DNA from: Candidatus Curtissbacteria bacterium RIFOXYA1_FULL_41_14
Lineage (GTDB): Bacteria > Patescibacteriota > Microgenomatia > Curtissbacterales > GWA2-41-24
Assembly (NCBI GenBank): GCA_001775095.1
Contig: MFCA01000022.1
Span: 2,162 to 66,161 of the forward strand
Direction: 5' to 3'
DNA length: 64,000 bases
The notes beneath the pieces were generated by a model. That model was given only the letters and a program-made list of their open reading frames with translations. It was not told the origin of the DNA and searched no databases. Below are positions 46,434 to 55,932 of the stretch, piece after piece. The position numbers and the translations under genes were made by a program. The number at the start of each line of letters is the position of its first letter. The stretch's first letter is position 1.

Positions 46434-48147
46434 CTTATCCGAAAGAATATATTTCGTTCTAGCGACAATCTTGATTATTGCCGCCGGAATCGGAATCATT
46501 TCGTCGCTTTTCTCCCAACCTTTGATACTAGCCTACATTCTTTCGGGAGCAGTAATCGGTTTCTTGTCCTCCAATTTCGTGGCTATTCCAACTCCAGCAG
46601 AAACATTTGGCTTTTTTTCTCAAATTGGCATTGCCCTTATCCTTTTTATGGTAGGGATCGAACTTTCAATTAGCGAGTTGAAAAATATTGGGAAGCCGGT
46701 TTTTTTAGCAACACTGTTCCATGCTCTGATAATCGGAACGAGTGCATTTATCCTCTCTTTAATTTTTGATTTTGGAATTTTAGCTTCCTTTTATATTGCC
46801 GTGGCCATAATTTTTTCTTCGACTGTGATCGTTATAAAACTTCTCGATCAGCAGAGGGATACAAACTCACTTTACGGCAAAATTACTATTGGTATTTTAC
46901 TTCTGCAGGATTTATTTGCGGTTATTATTTTGATGTTTCTTGCGGGTATTGGTCCTAAGGGAGTGCCTTTTAACTTTCTAAATTTAGTTCTTACCTTTAT
47001 AAAAGGAGGGCTATTGGTAGGAGCAATATGGTTTATTTCAAAGTTCGCCCTAAGGCGGATATTTGCTTATGTTGCTTCAAATTCAGAACTCCTTTTTTTA
47101 TGTACCATGGCTTGGGCCCTAGGTGTTTCCAGTATTTTTAAATTTTCAGGCTTTTCATTCGAGATAGGAGCTTTTTTATCGGGGGTGGCTCTAGCAAATT
47201 TGCCATATCGATATTCTATATCTGCAAGAATCGCACCGATTAGGGATTTTTTCATCATAATCTTTTTTATAGTATTGGGCTTGTCTATTGACTTTGCCGC
47301 TATTAAGAACATGTTTTGGCCGATTGCTGTTTTTTCAGTTTTCGTTTTAACTGTAACCCCGGTAGTGGTTGCTAATTATCTTGGATATTTAGGATTTGGT
47401 AAACGGGTGGCTTTTTTGTCAGGACTGTCACTAGCCCAAGTTTCCGAATTTTCCTTAATTATTGTGGTCGTTGGAGCGAATCTTGGTCATATAAGCGGCG
47501 AAATTGTTTCTTTTATTTCCTCTGTAGCTATTTTCACGATTGCTGCCTCTTCTTATTTGATAATTAACGGCGGCAAAATTTACAGGGTCCTTCGCAGTCG
47601 AATCAAGATTATTGAGAGAAATAAAGTTGCAATCGGAAATATTTCGGAAAAAGATCTGGAAAATCATCTGCTGCTTGTTGGCGCGGAGCAGATGGGTAGT
47701 GATATCTTGGACTATTTAAAAAATAAAGCTAAGGATACAGGGCAAAGTGTTGTAGTGGTTGACTTTAATCCGCAGATTGTCGAAAGTCTGGTAGCCGGTA
47801 ATTTTAATGTAGTTTTTGGAGATATTTCTGATCCGGAAATTTTAGAACAGTTAAATTTGGCTCGCGCAAAGTTAATAATAACGACTGTCCCTGATCTTGT
47901 GGACAACACCAATCTTATAAAGTTCGCAAAAGAAGAAGGCTATACAGGGCCGATTATCTGCGCGTCATACTGGCTTCATGACGCGGTTAAACTGTATGAA
48001 GCGGGAGCTGATTTGGTAGTGGTGCCTGAAGATGTGGGTGGCAAGCATGTTGCCAGAGTTCTTTCAGATCATTGGGATAATTTAAAGGCAATTAAAAAGG
48101 CGAAAAGTAAACGTTTTGAAGAACTAATCTCCCGCAAAATATTTTAA
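46426..48147 (+). CDS. CPA2 / Kef-type cation:proton antiporter with TrkA-N domain
   Basis: SSTVIVIK, LLLQD, AQVSEFS, VFGDISD. Confidence 0.92.
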   Translation: MFDLSERIYFVLATILIIAAGIGIISSLFSQPLILAYILSGAVIGFLSSNFVAIPTPAETFGFFSQIGIALILFMVGIELSISELKNIGKPVFLATLFHALIIGTSAFILSLIFDFGILASFYIAVAIIFSSTVIVIKLLDQQRDTNSLYGKITIGILLLQDLFAVIILMFLAGIGPKGVPFNFLNLVLTFIKGGLLVGAIWFISKFALRRIFAYVASNSELLFLCTMAWALGVSSIFKFSGFSFEIGAFLSGVALANLPYRYSISARIAPIRDFFIIIFFIVLGLSIDFAAIKNMFWPIAVFSVFVLTVTPVVVANYLGYLGFGKRVAFLSGLSLAQVSEFSLIIVVVGANLGHISGEIVSFISSVAIFTIAASSYLIINGGKIYRVLRSRIKIIERNKVAIGNISEKDLENHLLLVGAEQMGSDILDYLKNKAKDTGQSVVVVDFNPQIVESLVAGNFNVVFGDISDPEILEQLNLARAKLIITTVPDLVDNTNLIKFAKEEGYTGPIICASYWLHDAVKLYEAGADLVVVPEDVGGKHVARVLSDHWDNLKAIKKAKSKRFEELISRKIF

Positions 48148-48188
48148 GCCAGTGTGTTAAAATTTAAGAAAAGAGGTGTTTTTGCCAA

Positions 48189-48338
48189 ATGGGTAATTTC
48201 GGAGGATTCTATATCAGCAGGTCGCCTCGGTACAGTCCTTCGACTGCGCTCAGGACTTCATGCCGATGGCGCTTTTCTGATATAAAATTATTGTATTCGC
48301 ACATGGATATTCATAAAAAATATGAAGTAGGAGAGTAA
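48189..48338 (+). other. Duplicated, diverged gene start (MGNFGGFY) run into an ATATCAG element; 49-aa uORF
   Basis: Compare MGTYGGFY at 48342; element at 48211-48283. Confidence 0.85.
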
Positions 48339-48341
48339 CTA

Positions 48342-48476
48342 ATGGGTACTTACGGTGGATTTTATAAAGGGGAGCGTAAGAAACTAAAAAAAGAGGTTTT
48401 GGAAAAAAAGGCTGCAAAAATAAAGCGGATTGCAACAATTCCTCAAGTAGAAATCCTCGGTAAAAAAGGGAAGTAA
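48342..48476 (+). CDS. 44-aa basic protein MGTYGGFYKGERKK...PQVEILGKKGK (below the ORF-track cutoff)
   Basis: SD AGGAG; N-terminus conserved at protein level with its upstream duplicate. Confidence 0.7.
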   Translation: MGTYGGFYKGERKKLKKEVLEKKAAKIKRIATIPQVEILGKKGK

Positions 48477-48534
48477 GTTGTCAGATCTTGACTAAATTTC
48501 CAAGGGCAGATTGCTAAGTTGAAGAGAAAGTTCA

Positions 48535-49521
48535 ATGACCACATATCCTGCTTGGAAAAAACGTCAGGTGCAAGCGAAATGGCGAAATTTGGTGGCTTTT
48601 TTTATTACGCTCACTCTGGTTTTGGCACTTTTAAATGGACTTTCTAAATCTCTTTCCCTAAATAAGTATTTTGGAAAGTCCAACTGGGATAGTAAATCTT
48701 CTTTTGTAGCAGCACTGTCAACAACACCGATTTCTCTTTTGGTTGTTCAAAAAGACCCAAAAAGGATTGTTTTTTTGACGCTTTCTGAAGAGACATATTT
48801 AACAACCGGTGAGAGTGAGGAACCGATTGTCAAACTCTCTTCACTTGTTGGAAAAGGCGAAGGAGAGCAACTTTCAAAGATATTGACGGTTGCTTACAGG
48901 ACTTATATTGGTAGCTATGTGGTTTTTAAAAAGGATCAAAAAATAGATAAGGATATGGTTCAAAAATGGTTTAAACAATATGCGTCTTTACTTACTCCTT
49001 TTGCTATTTTGACTGGTGGTATAAATGGTGAAGTTATGAACACTAATATTACTCGTATTGACCAGTTTAAATTGTGGTGGCAAGTTAAAGGGATTAGTCT
49101 TAAAAATGTGGATTTGGTTGATCTTTCACAATATAGAGAGGAAATGCTTGTCTTTGATAACCAAAAAGTTCTAGGTGTTGATGGTGTTGTCTTGCACCAG
49201 GTAATAAAAAAATATTTGGGAAATTTAGAGATTGAGAAAGAAAATTTAAAAGTTTTAATTACTAATTCAACAGGTGTACCGGGGGCAGGGCAGTTGGCTG
49301 CGGATTTTGTTACCAGTGTTGGCGGCAGCGTGGTCGAGGTTGACACCTCTTCTAGTAACCTAAGTAAAACCTTTATTCAAACTGAGGATAAGAATAGCTA
49401 CAGCGCAAAATATTTGGCAAAAATGTTTGATTGTGGTATAAATGGCGCGCCAGAAGGTGGGGAAGGAGCTGATATTACTCTAGTAATTGGGCAAGATTTT
49501 ACCGCTAGATACTTCAAATGA
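48535..49521 (+). CDS. LytR C-terminal-domain membrane protein
   Basis: ITNSTGVPGAG...ADITLVIGQDF. Confidence 0.8.
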   Translation: MTTYPAWKKRQVQAKWRNLVAFFITLTLVLALLNGLSKSLSLNKYFGKSNWDSKSSFVAALSTTPISLLVVQKDPKRIVFLTLSEETYLTTGESEEPIVKLSSLVGKGEGEQLSKILTVAYRTYIGSYVVFKKDQKIDKDMVQKWFKQYASLLTPFAILTGGINGEVMNTNITRIDQFKLWWQVKGISLKNVDLVDLSQYREEMLVFDNQKVLGVDGVVLHQVIKKYLGNLEIEKENLKVLITNSTGVPGAGQLAADFVTSVGGSVVEVDTSSSNLSKTFIQTEDKNSYSAKYLAKMFDCGINGAPEGGEGADITLVIGQDFTARYFK

Positions 49522-49895
49522 TAATCTTCGTAGTTTTAGGGATTTTTATACTACTTGTTTCGTTTATTGTTGCTTTTGCTTCTTTAATTTATGAGCAGAA
49601 GAGAAACATCGAGGTCAAAGAAGACCTGGAACCTATAAAGGACAGCGGAGTAAACCAGGAACAGGTGGATCGTGCAGTAGTTTCTGATGTATCTGGTACA
49701 AGCGATATTAAAAGAGTCGAGACTTTTGAAGAAGACCGTCTAAAAACAGCAGCCACAGAAATCTTTCCATGGGAACAAGACAAAGCTAATACACCTGCTC
49801 CAAGGCAGGATTTCGTTACGTTCCCCGAAAAAACAAAACCGGTACAAAGATTGAATGGGGTAATTTCTGTCAAGGATATGCTTAGTAAATCTTAG
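49518..49895 (+). CDS. Hypothetical single-TM protein
   Basis: ATGA overlap, N-terminal TM. Confidence 0.7.
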   Translation: MIIFVVLGIFILLVSFIVAFASLIYEQKRNIEVKEDLEPIKDSGVNQEQVDRAVVSDVSGTSDIKRVETFEEDRLKTAATEIFPWEQDKANTPAPRQDFVTFPEKTKPVQRLNGVISVKDMLSKS

Positions 49896-49896
49896 C

Positions 49897-50574
49897 CTAG
49901 TCTTCCGAATAAGGGTTCTGATTTTCCAGAAATGAGGGTTGATTAAAAAACTTCGCTGAGCGGTAAGCTTCCCTTATAAAAACAGTTAAAGTTTTTGAAC
50001 TTACGCACTTTATATAAGTTTCATATTTATTGCCGCCTGCAATATAAGTAAGAAGTTTGTGGGCTAAATCGTCAGGCAGTGCACCCAAATACATCCCATC
50101 GCTAGCCATTACCGTCACTGCATGTTTTTTGAGGTTTAAAAACATCTGGTCCCCGCAATTAAATGAACAGAGAACTGCTGGAGGGGCCAGATTTATAAGA
50201 TTAACTATTTTCGTCTTGCCAGGTTCAAAAAGAAAGATATTGGAAAGGTTTGTGCTTTCCCTGGGACTGTTACTGTTTGAGTGGCCGTTTTGCTTGGTAA
50301 CCTTTTCCAGATTTTTGCGGGCGATTATATTATAAGGATCTATTTGGAGAATCTGTTTGTAAATTTTTTGAGCTTTTACCTTTTCTCCCAGACAAGTGTA
50401 GGCATAGGCCAGACGATTAAGAGCGTCAACCTCGCTTGAGGCTATCTGGAGAATTTTTTTGTTAATTCTTATAGCCTCGTTCCAGTTTGCACAAAGGGCG
50501 ACTTTTATAGCCAGTTGAGCCAGAGTTTCCTTATCAGCAATGTTTTGCCAAGTTACGGATGCTACTTGTGGCAT
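49897..50574 (-). CDS. TPR-repeat protein
   Basis: DALNRLAYAY, IDPYNIIARKNL, FLFEPGKTK. Confidence 0.85.
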   Translation of the reverse strand: MPQVASVTWQNIADKETLAQLAIKVALCANWNEAIRINKKILQIASSEVDALNRLAYAYTCLGEKVKAQKIYKQILQIDPYNIIARKNLEKVTKQNGHSNSNSPRESTNLSNIFLFEPGKTKIVNLINLAPPAVLCSFNCGDQMFLNLKKHAVTVMASDGMYLGALPDDLAHKLLTYIAGGNKYETYIKCVSSKTLTVFIREAYRSAKFFNQPSFLENQNPYSED

Positions 50575-50731
50575 GGAACTAAATTAGATAAAAGGGGAAT
50601 GGAAGTCAATGGGTGAAAATTCTGAGACATTATTGAGAAAATTGAGTACTCAAGGTGTTCAAAGAGGTTTTTTTAAAAAAAATTTTCAAAAAGCTTGACT
50701 TTCAAGTTTTAGAAGAGTATATTTTTCGATC

Positions 50732-51625
50732 ATGGAGAGACCTATAGGTGACCAAACCCAATTTGTCCCAAGCGTGACTTTTGAAAACCTATATGGTGAT
50801 AGTAGACTAGCCCTTGACGCTTTAGAAAAAGATCTAGGAAGAGGGATTAAAGAAACACAAAAACTAAACGCTGACTGGGCCGAAGACCAGCTAAGAGTCT
50901 TAAGAAAAGATCGCAGAGAACCCTTATTGGATATTTTGCTGGTTGATGAAAATGGTCAGATACTCAGGGCTATTTCTACATACTGGTCATACGCACGCAA
51001 TGCGCAACTTGCTTTATCTCCTACCGATTTAGCCCAGTTCACTGTAAAGAATAAAAAAATAGTTTATCCGTTAGTACCCCAAAATGATTCTGCACTTTTC
51101 TGGTTGGCTAGGGATGAAGGTAGGGTTCAATCAGCATTACAAAAATATTTTGGTGAAGTAGAAGTGGGGGATTATTTAGCAGCTCATCCAGCTGCAAGTG
51201 AAATGACTGGGTCTGTTAGACTAGCATGGGTACAAAAAGGAAGGGCTGGCAAAAGTAAGTTTGCAGATGAAGGTATAATTTTTGGCAATTTGGGTTTCTG
51301 GGTGAATCGAAAGCTCAGACTTGGCAATTCTGGACCTGGTATATATGTTCAAAGAGTCCGTTTTGATGACTCAAGGTTGCTCCCAGAAGATACGTATATC
51401 TCGCCGTTAGATCCAACGCAAGTTAACAAACGTGGTGGAAAGGTGATGGAAGACAAATATCCTAATGTGAGAGTGATTAGGGTAGATCCAGTATTATCAA
51501 AGCATGACTTTATTCCACTTGCACTAAATTCTTCTCCGAATTCTGAATATCCAGTTGTACTTAGTTATACAACTGCAAGACCATGGCTTGACTGGGTGCC
51601 CAAGCATGGGGGCGTAAGTTCTTAA
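50732..51625 (+). CDS. Orphan hypothetical protein
   Basis: 297-aa ORF with consensus promoter 8 nt upstream. Confidence 0.7.
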   Translation: MERPIGDQTQFVPSVTFENLYGDSRLALDALEKDLGRGIKETQKLNADWAEDQLRVLRKDRREPLLDILLVDENGQILRAISTYWSYARNAQLALSPTDLAQFTVKNKKIVYPLVPQNDSALFWLARDEGRVQSALQKYFGEVEVGDYLAAHPAASEMTGSVRLAWVQKGRAGKSKFADEGIIFGNLGFWVNRKLRLGNSGPGIYVQRVRFDDSRLLPEDTYISPLDPTQVNKRGGKVMEDKYPNVRVIRVDPVLSKHDFIPLALNSSPNSEYPVVLSYTTARPWLDWVPKHGGVSS

Positions 51626-51707
51626 CTTTGACCGGGTCCCATACTATCAGGGATCCAACCCCTAAGACATTTGCTTTTCTAATCACCAGAGTGTATATTC
51701 CCAGACT

Positions 51708-52865
51708 ATGAGTGCGGAGAGAGTGTTTGTTCCATATGAGGAGAGAGTTGCCACTGTTGTTGGCCGTAAAGGAGCTCTAGGGAGTAGAGTATTTCCATGC
51801 TACCAAGAAGCAGGCTTTAGAGAGGTTCATGGTTGTGAGCAAGGTGATCCCTTTTTAGATTTTGTTAACCGATCGACTGATTTATTTCTAGCTGTTGACG
51901 ATGCAGAGGTAATCTCTCTTTTAGAAATTGCCAAATTCCATTTAGGCCCCCAACATACAATTCTTGACGGTGCAAGCAATAAAAGCAATGCAATCGATAT
52001 TTACCTTGATGTAGATAGCAGAGGAGCAAGTGTTTGTCCGACACATCTCGGCGCCAGGCCAGACCATCCCTGGCAAGGTATGAAATTTTGGTTATGTCGG
52101 GTTGGTCAGAATTGCGAAAGAGGGATTCGCACAGGGATGGATTTATTTATAGCAAGGAATGTGGCAATAGATGTAATCGATGTTGAAGAGCATCAAAAGA
52201 TAGAAATAGATCAATGTGTAACTTTTTTAACTGCTTATGTTGTTTCTGAAACACTTCGAAGTTTGGGGATTCCTCTTAAAGAATTCGATTGTTTCGCAAC
52301 CTTAAATGCAGAATTTTTAGCGCTGCTTGCCGGAAGAACACAAGGCCAAGGGGTTAAGGTTCCTTCAGAAGTCTTATTCCGACAAGATAGAAAGTTTGAA
52401 ATAATCGGGGCGCTACAAGCGGCCTTAGAAAGATTAAAGCAAGCTTTATCTGATAGGGAAGAATTAGAGAAATTGATGCAAACAAATATCGATTATCATG
52501 ACAACCCCGAAGGATTAATTGGCCAATTATTCAGAAAAGCGGGAATAGTAGGGTCAAGAAACGCCAATCTTAGAATGTGTAGTTTAAGCTTCAGAATAAC
52601 CAGGGATAGGCCGGGGAAACTGAGGGATGTTCTCAAGCCATTTTTTGTGGAAGATGTTAACTTGACTGCAATTGATTCAATGCAGGGTGAAATTACTGAA
52701 GAAGAAAGACTAAGAGGTGTCGATCCAGACGGGATTATCGACTTTGACATTGGTGTTAATCCCAAAACAATCAATCCAGAAAAGGCTCGCAGGATAAAAG
52801 AAACACTGTGGGCAATGGGCTGTCAGGTTGCGGATTTTCCCTTTGACAAAGAAAATTCACAATAG
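51708..52865 (+). CDS. Divergent prephenate dehydrogenase-like protein with C-terminal ACT domain
   Basis: VVGRKGALG, DGASNK, THLG, EEHQ; DRPGKLRDVL...VNLTAIDS. Confidence 0.65.
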   Translation: MSAERVFVPYEERVATVVGRKGALGSRVFPCYQEAGFREVHGCEQGDPFLDFVNRSTDLFLAVDDAEVISLLEIAKFHLGPQHTILDGASNKSNAIDIYLDVDSRGASVCPTHLGARPDHPWQGMKFWLCRVGQNCERGIRTGMDLFIARNVAIDVIDVEEHQKIEIDQCVTFLTAYVVSETLRSLGIPLKEFDCFATLNAEFLALLAGRTQGQGVKVPSEVLFRQDRKFEIIGALQAALERLKQALSDREELEKLMQTNIDYHDNPEGLIGQLFRKAGIVGSRNANLRMCSLSFRITRDRPGKLRDVLKPFFVEDVNLTAIDSMQGEITEEERLRGVDPDGIIDFDIGVNPKTINPEKARRIKETLWAMGCQVADFPFDKENSQ

Positions 52866-52914
52866 AACTTCACAAAAAATTGACTAAATTCTATAATAGG
52901 CGCAAAGGAGTTTT

Positions 52915-53034
52915 ATGAGCGGACATTCGAAGTGGAGCCAAATATTAGCAGGTAGTCTTGGCACGCTTCGTCGTGCCAATGGCGCTCCTCTGATATTTGC
53001 GACCATAAGGAGGATTTCCTATGTCAGGTCATAG
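52915..53034 (+). other. Duplicated, recoded yebC start (MSGHSKWSQI) run into an ATATYAG element; 39-aa uORF
   Basis: Same decapeptide as 53021 with different codons; element at 52942-52996. Confidence 0.92.
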
Positions 53035-53773
53035 TAAATGGTCGCAAATTAAAAGGCAAAAGGGAGTGGCGGATGTTAAACGCGGCCAGACATTTACCAA
53101 AATGGCTAACGCGATTACGATCGCCACAAGGGAAGGCGGAGGCGGTGATCCGGCAAGTAATTTTAAATTGAGGTTAGCTATTGATCAGGCCCACGCTGCC
53201 AATATGCCCAAAGAGAATATCCAGAGGGCGATTGACAGAGGTCTAGGCAAAGGTGGAGGAGCAGGGCAACTCGAATCTGTCGTTTATGAGGGCTACGGAC
53301 CTGGTAAAGTTGCATTAGTTATTGAAGCAACAACTGACAATAAAAATCGTACTACATCCGAAGTCAAAAATCTTATTGAAAGACTTGACGGTTCTTTTGT
53401 TTCTCCGGGGGCTATTTCCTGGATGTTTGCAGACCAGGGACAAATTACTGTCTCAAAAGAGGGTAAGAGTCTGGATGTGGTCTTTGACCTGGCAGCCGAG
53501 GCCGGAGCTGAGGATGTTGAAGAGGCCGGGGACGAGATTCTTGTCTATACAAAGCCACATGAAGTCGAAAGCGTAAAGAGTCAACTAGTTGAAAAAGGTT
53601 TGGTTGTCAAAAACGCTGAAATTTCTAAAGTTCCCACAACGACAGTTCAAGTAACCGACGCCGATATTGCCAGAAAAATTTTAAACCTGATGGAAAAATT
53701 AGAAGAACTGGACGATATCCAAAAAGTCTGGAGCAATTTCGATATTCCGGATGAGATTTTAGAAAAAGTTTGA
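53021..53773 (+). CDS. yebC: YebC/PmpR family protein
   Basis: MSGHSKW, NMPKENI.RAI, YEGYGPG, TDNKNRT. Confidence 0.97.
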   Translation: MSGHSKWSQIKRQKGVADVKRGQTFTKMANAITIATREGGGGDPASNFKLRLAIDQAHAANMPKENIQRAIDRGLGKGGGAGQLESVVYEGYGPGKVALVIEATTDNKNRTTSEVKNLIERLDGSFVSPGAISWMFADQGQITVSKEGKSLDVVFDLAAEAGAEDVEEAGDEILVYTKPHEVESVKSQLVEKGLVVKNAEISKVPTTTVQVTDADIARKILNLMEKLEELDDIQKVWSNFDIPDEILEKV

Positions 53774-53824
53774 AAACGTCATTCTGAGGCGGAGGCCGAG
53801 GAATCTTGATTAAATGGAGCCCGT

Positions 53825-54055
53825 TTATTCTGCGGATGACTTGTCTCGGTCGAGGGAACTGAGTCCTGGGCCAAAGTCTATATCATAGGCTTTTCCTTTT
53901 GTTACCAAACGTAAAACAACATTTCCACCCTGGTCTAAACCGAGCATTGACTCATGGTTAGCTGGAATCTCACTTCGAGGTTTAATGCTCCGGTTTACAC
54001 CGATGGAGCCCCCGTCTTCCACACTCATAATACGTTTATCATACTGTTGGTTCAT
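53825..54055 (-). CDS. Hypothetical small protein
   Basis: 76-aa ORF divergent from the AAA-wHTH gene. Confidence 0.4.
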   Translation of the reverse strand: MNQQYDKRIMSVEDGGSIGVNRSIKPRSEIPANHESMLGLDQGGNVVLRLVTKGKAYDIDFGPGLSSLDRDKSSAE

Positions 54056-54139
54056 GTTCCCTGCTTGACAGCCTCAAAACTTTAACCTGACAAAATACTG
54101 ACACCCCTTTTTGCTTGATGAGAAGCTCTTCCTGCCTGT

Positions 54140-55465
54140 ATGATTAGGGGCGTGGGCAGTCCGATAATTGAGGTTAAATATCCAATAAAGTTCAGGGAAG
54201 AAGACGCGAAGATTTTAGGCGAACATGTCAGGCTTCGGCATAATGTTAACTTAATCGGCGCAAAAAGAGTCGGAATCGGCGATTTTTTAAATTTCTTTCT
54301 TTATCACAAGGACATCGCCAGAAAATATATCGACAGACACCACAAGCATCTTTTGATCCCGGTGGATTTGAACGATCTTGTTGAGATTAAACTTTTTGCC
54401 TTTTGGACTCTGACTTTTAAAAGAATTGTTGATGCCGTAGGGAGTTTACCGGTCGAGCCAAGCGTCAAAAAACAGATAAACGGGCTATTTTTAACTTCGA
54501 TTCAGGAAAGCGATCTATTTTTAACCGTTGAAAATTTAAGAAAATCATTAATTGAAATCGCCAAGACGGGTATCCTTCCTACAATTTTTTGGTTGCGTTT
54601 TGACAGAATAAGCGAAATTACACCCATTGATTTTTTCGCCAATCTTCAGGGTTTAAGAGAAGCAACCGGTCAGAAATTATGTTTTGTTTTGACAAGTTAT
54701 CGCGAAATTGGAAAGATAACACCTAGGCTTACCGAGAAATTACTGCCTATTTTTATTCACAATTTTTACATCAAGCCGGCAGGGGAAAAAGACGCCAAGG
54801 TCATCTTACATGAGCTAGTTAGGAAATATCATCTGAAAATAAGTGGGAAATTGGCCAAAAAAATAATCGAGGTTAGTGGCGGTCATGCCCAATATCTTTA
54901 TTTAACTCTGATTATTTTGGCGCAGTCGCTCAGAGACCAAAAGGTCGATGAGAAAATCCTTCTGGAATTAATAAGCGGTGACGAACGATTGATTTTACAA
55001 TCGGAGGAAATTTGGGACAGTTTGTTTGACGCGGAAAAAGATGCGATAGGTCTTATTACGGAAGGTAAAAAAGTCGGCGCGGATTTACGATTCAATGCGA
55101 AATATATATGGGAAACAGGCTTAGTTTTGAGAAAGTTTGACAGGCGGCAAATTTTTAGTCCGATTTTTGGCGCATATGTTCGCGAAAACGGGAAAGGTAA
55201 GGTCAACGGAAGTGTCGAATTAACCAAGAAAGAAAATCTTCTATTTTCTCTTCTTTTGGCTAGTCAAAACGAAGTTTGCGAGAGGGAAAAAATCATAGAG
55301 GCAGTTTGGGCAGAATATGAAGATTTGGGAGTTTCCGATTGGACGATTGATAAACTGGTGGCAAGGTTGCGAAATAAACTAAAAGAGCAGGGAAGCGATT
55401 TTTCGGTAATTACAGTTAAGACAAGAGGGTATAAGTTAGTTTCGACTAAGCCAAATCCATCCTGA
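54140..55465 (+). CDS. Degenerate AAA/STAND-like ATPase fused to OmpR-type winged helix
   Basis: GAKRVGIG (degenerate P-loop), SGGH, LTKKE, IDKLVARLRNKL, TVKTRGY. Confidence 0.8.
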   Translation: MIRGVGSPIIEVKYPIKFREEDAKILGEHVRLRHNVNLIGAKRVGIGDFLNFFLYHKDIARKYIDRHHKHLLIPVDLNDLVEIKLFAFWTLTFKRIVDAVGSLPVEPSVKKQINGLFLTSIQESDLFLTVENLRKSLIEIAKTGILPTIFWLRFDRISEITPIDFFANLQGLREATGQKLCFVLTSYREIGKITPRLTEKLLPIFIHNFYIKPAGEKDAKVILHELVRKYHLKISGKLAKKIIEVSGGHAQYLYLTLIILAQSLRDQKVDEKILLELISGDERLILQSEEIWDSLFDAEKDAIGLITEGKKVGADLRFNAKYIWETGLVLRKFDRRQIFSPIFGAYVRENGKGKVNGSVELTKKENLLFSLLLASQNEVCEREKIIEAVWAEYEDLGVSDWTIDKLVARLRNKLKEQGSDFSVITVKTRGYKLVSTKPNPS

Positions 55466-55874
55466 ATTCCCAGCCCCATTTGGTAAAGCCCAACTTTTCG
55501 TAAAATTTATGAACGTCTTCGCTTGCAAATCGGGAAGTCCCGACAACTTTATAACAGCCTTTTTCTCTGGCTAGTTCTATAAGTTTATTTAAAAGGGCAG
55601 TGCCGACTCCTTTTTTCCGGGAATTTTTATCTACCACTAGCCCCTCCAGGAAAGCATAGGGTTTTCCGTAAGCCGGTATTGGGAAGTAAAGGAGTGTGGC
55701 CGAGCCGATAATTTTATTATTCTGTTTTGCAACTACAATGTCACAGTGGGCCGCATCGATTAAGTCTACGAGGATTTTTTTGGCATCTGCGTGAGGCTCT
55801 TTGACTCTGTAGACTTGGTCTTGAAGGGCCAGAATGCCCTCAAGGTCGTCTTTCGTAGCCAATTTGATTTGCAT
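55446..55874 (-). CDS. GNAT acetyltransferase
   Basis: LVVDKNSRKKGVGT, FYEKLGF. Confidence 0.92.
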   Translation of the reverse strand: MQIKLATKDDLEGILALQDQVYRVKEPHADAKKILVDLIDAAHCDIVVAKQNNKIIGSATLLYFPIPAYGKPYAFLEGLVVDKNSRKKGVGTALLNKLIELAREKGCYKVVGTSRFASEDVHKFYEKLGFTKWGWEFRMDLA

Positions 55875-55932
55875 AGCACTATTTTAACTTATTTTTAGTT
55901 ATAATCTCTACATAGCGGAGGATTGCCTCAAG

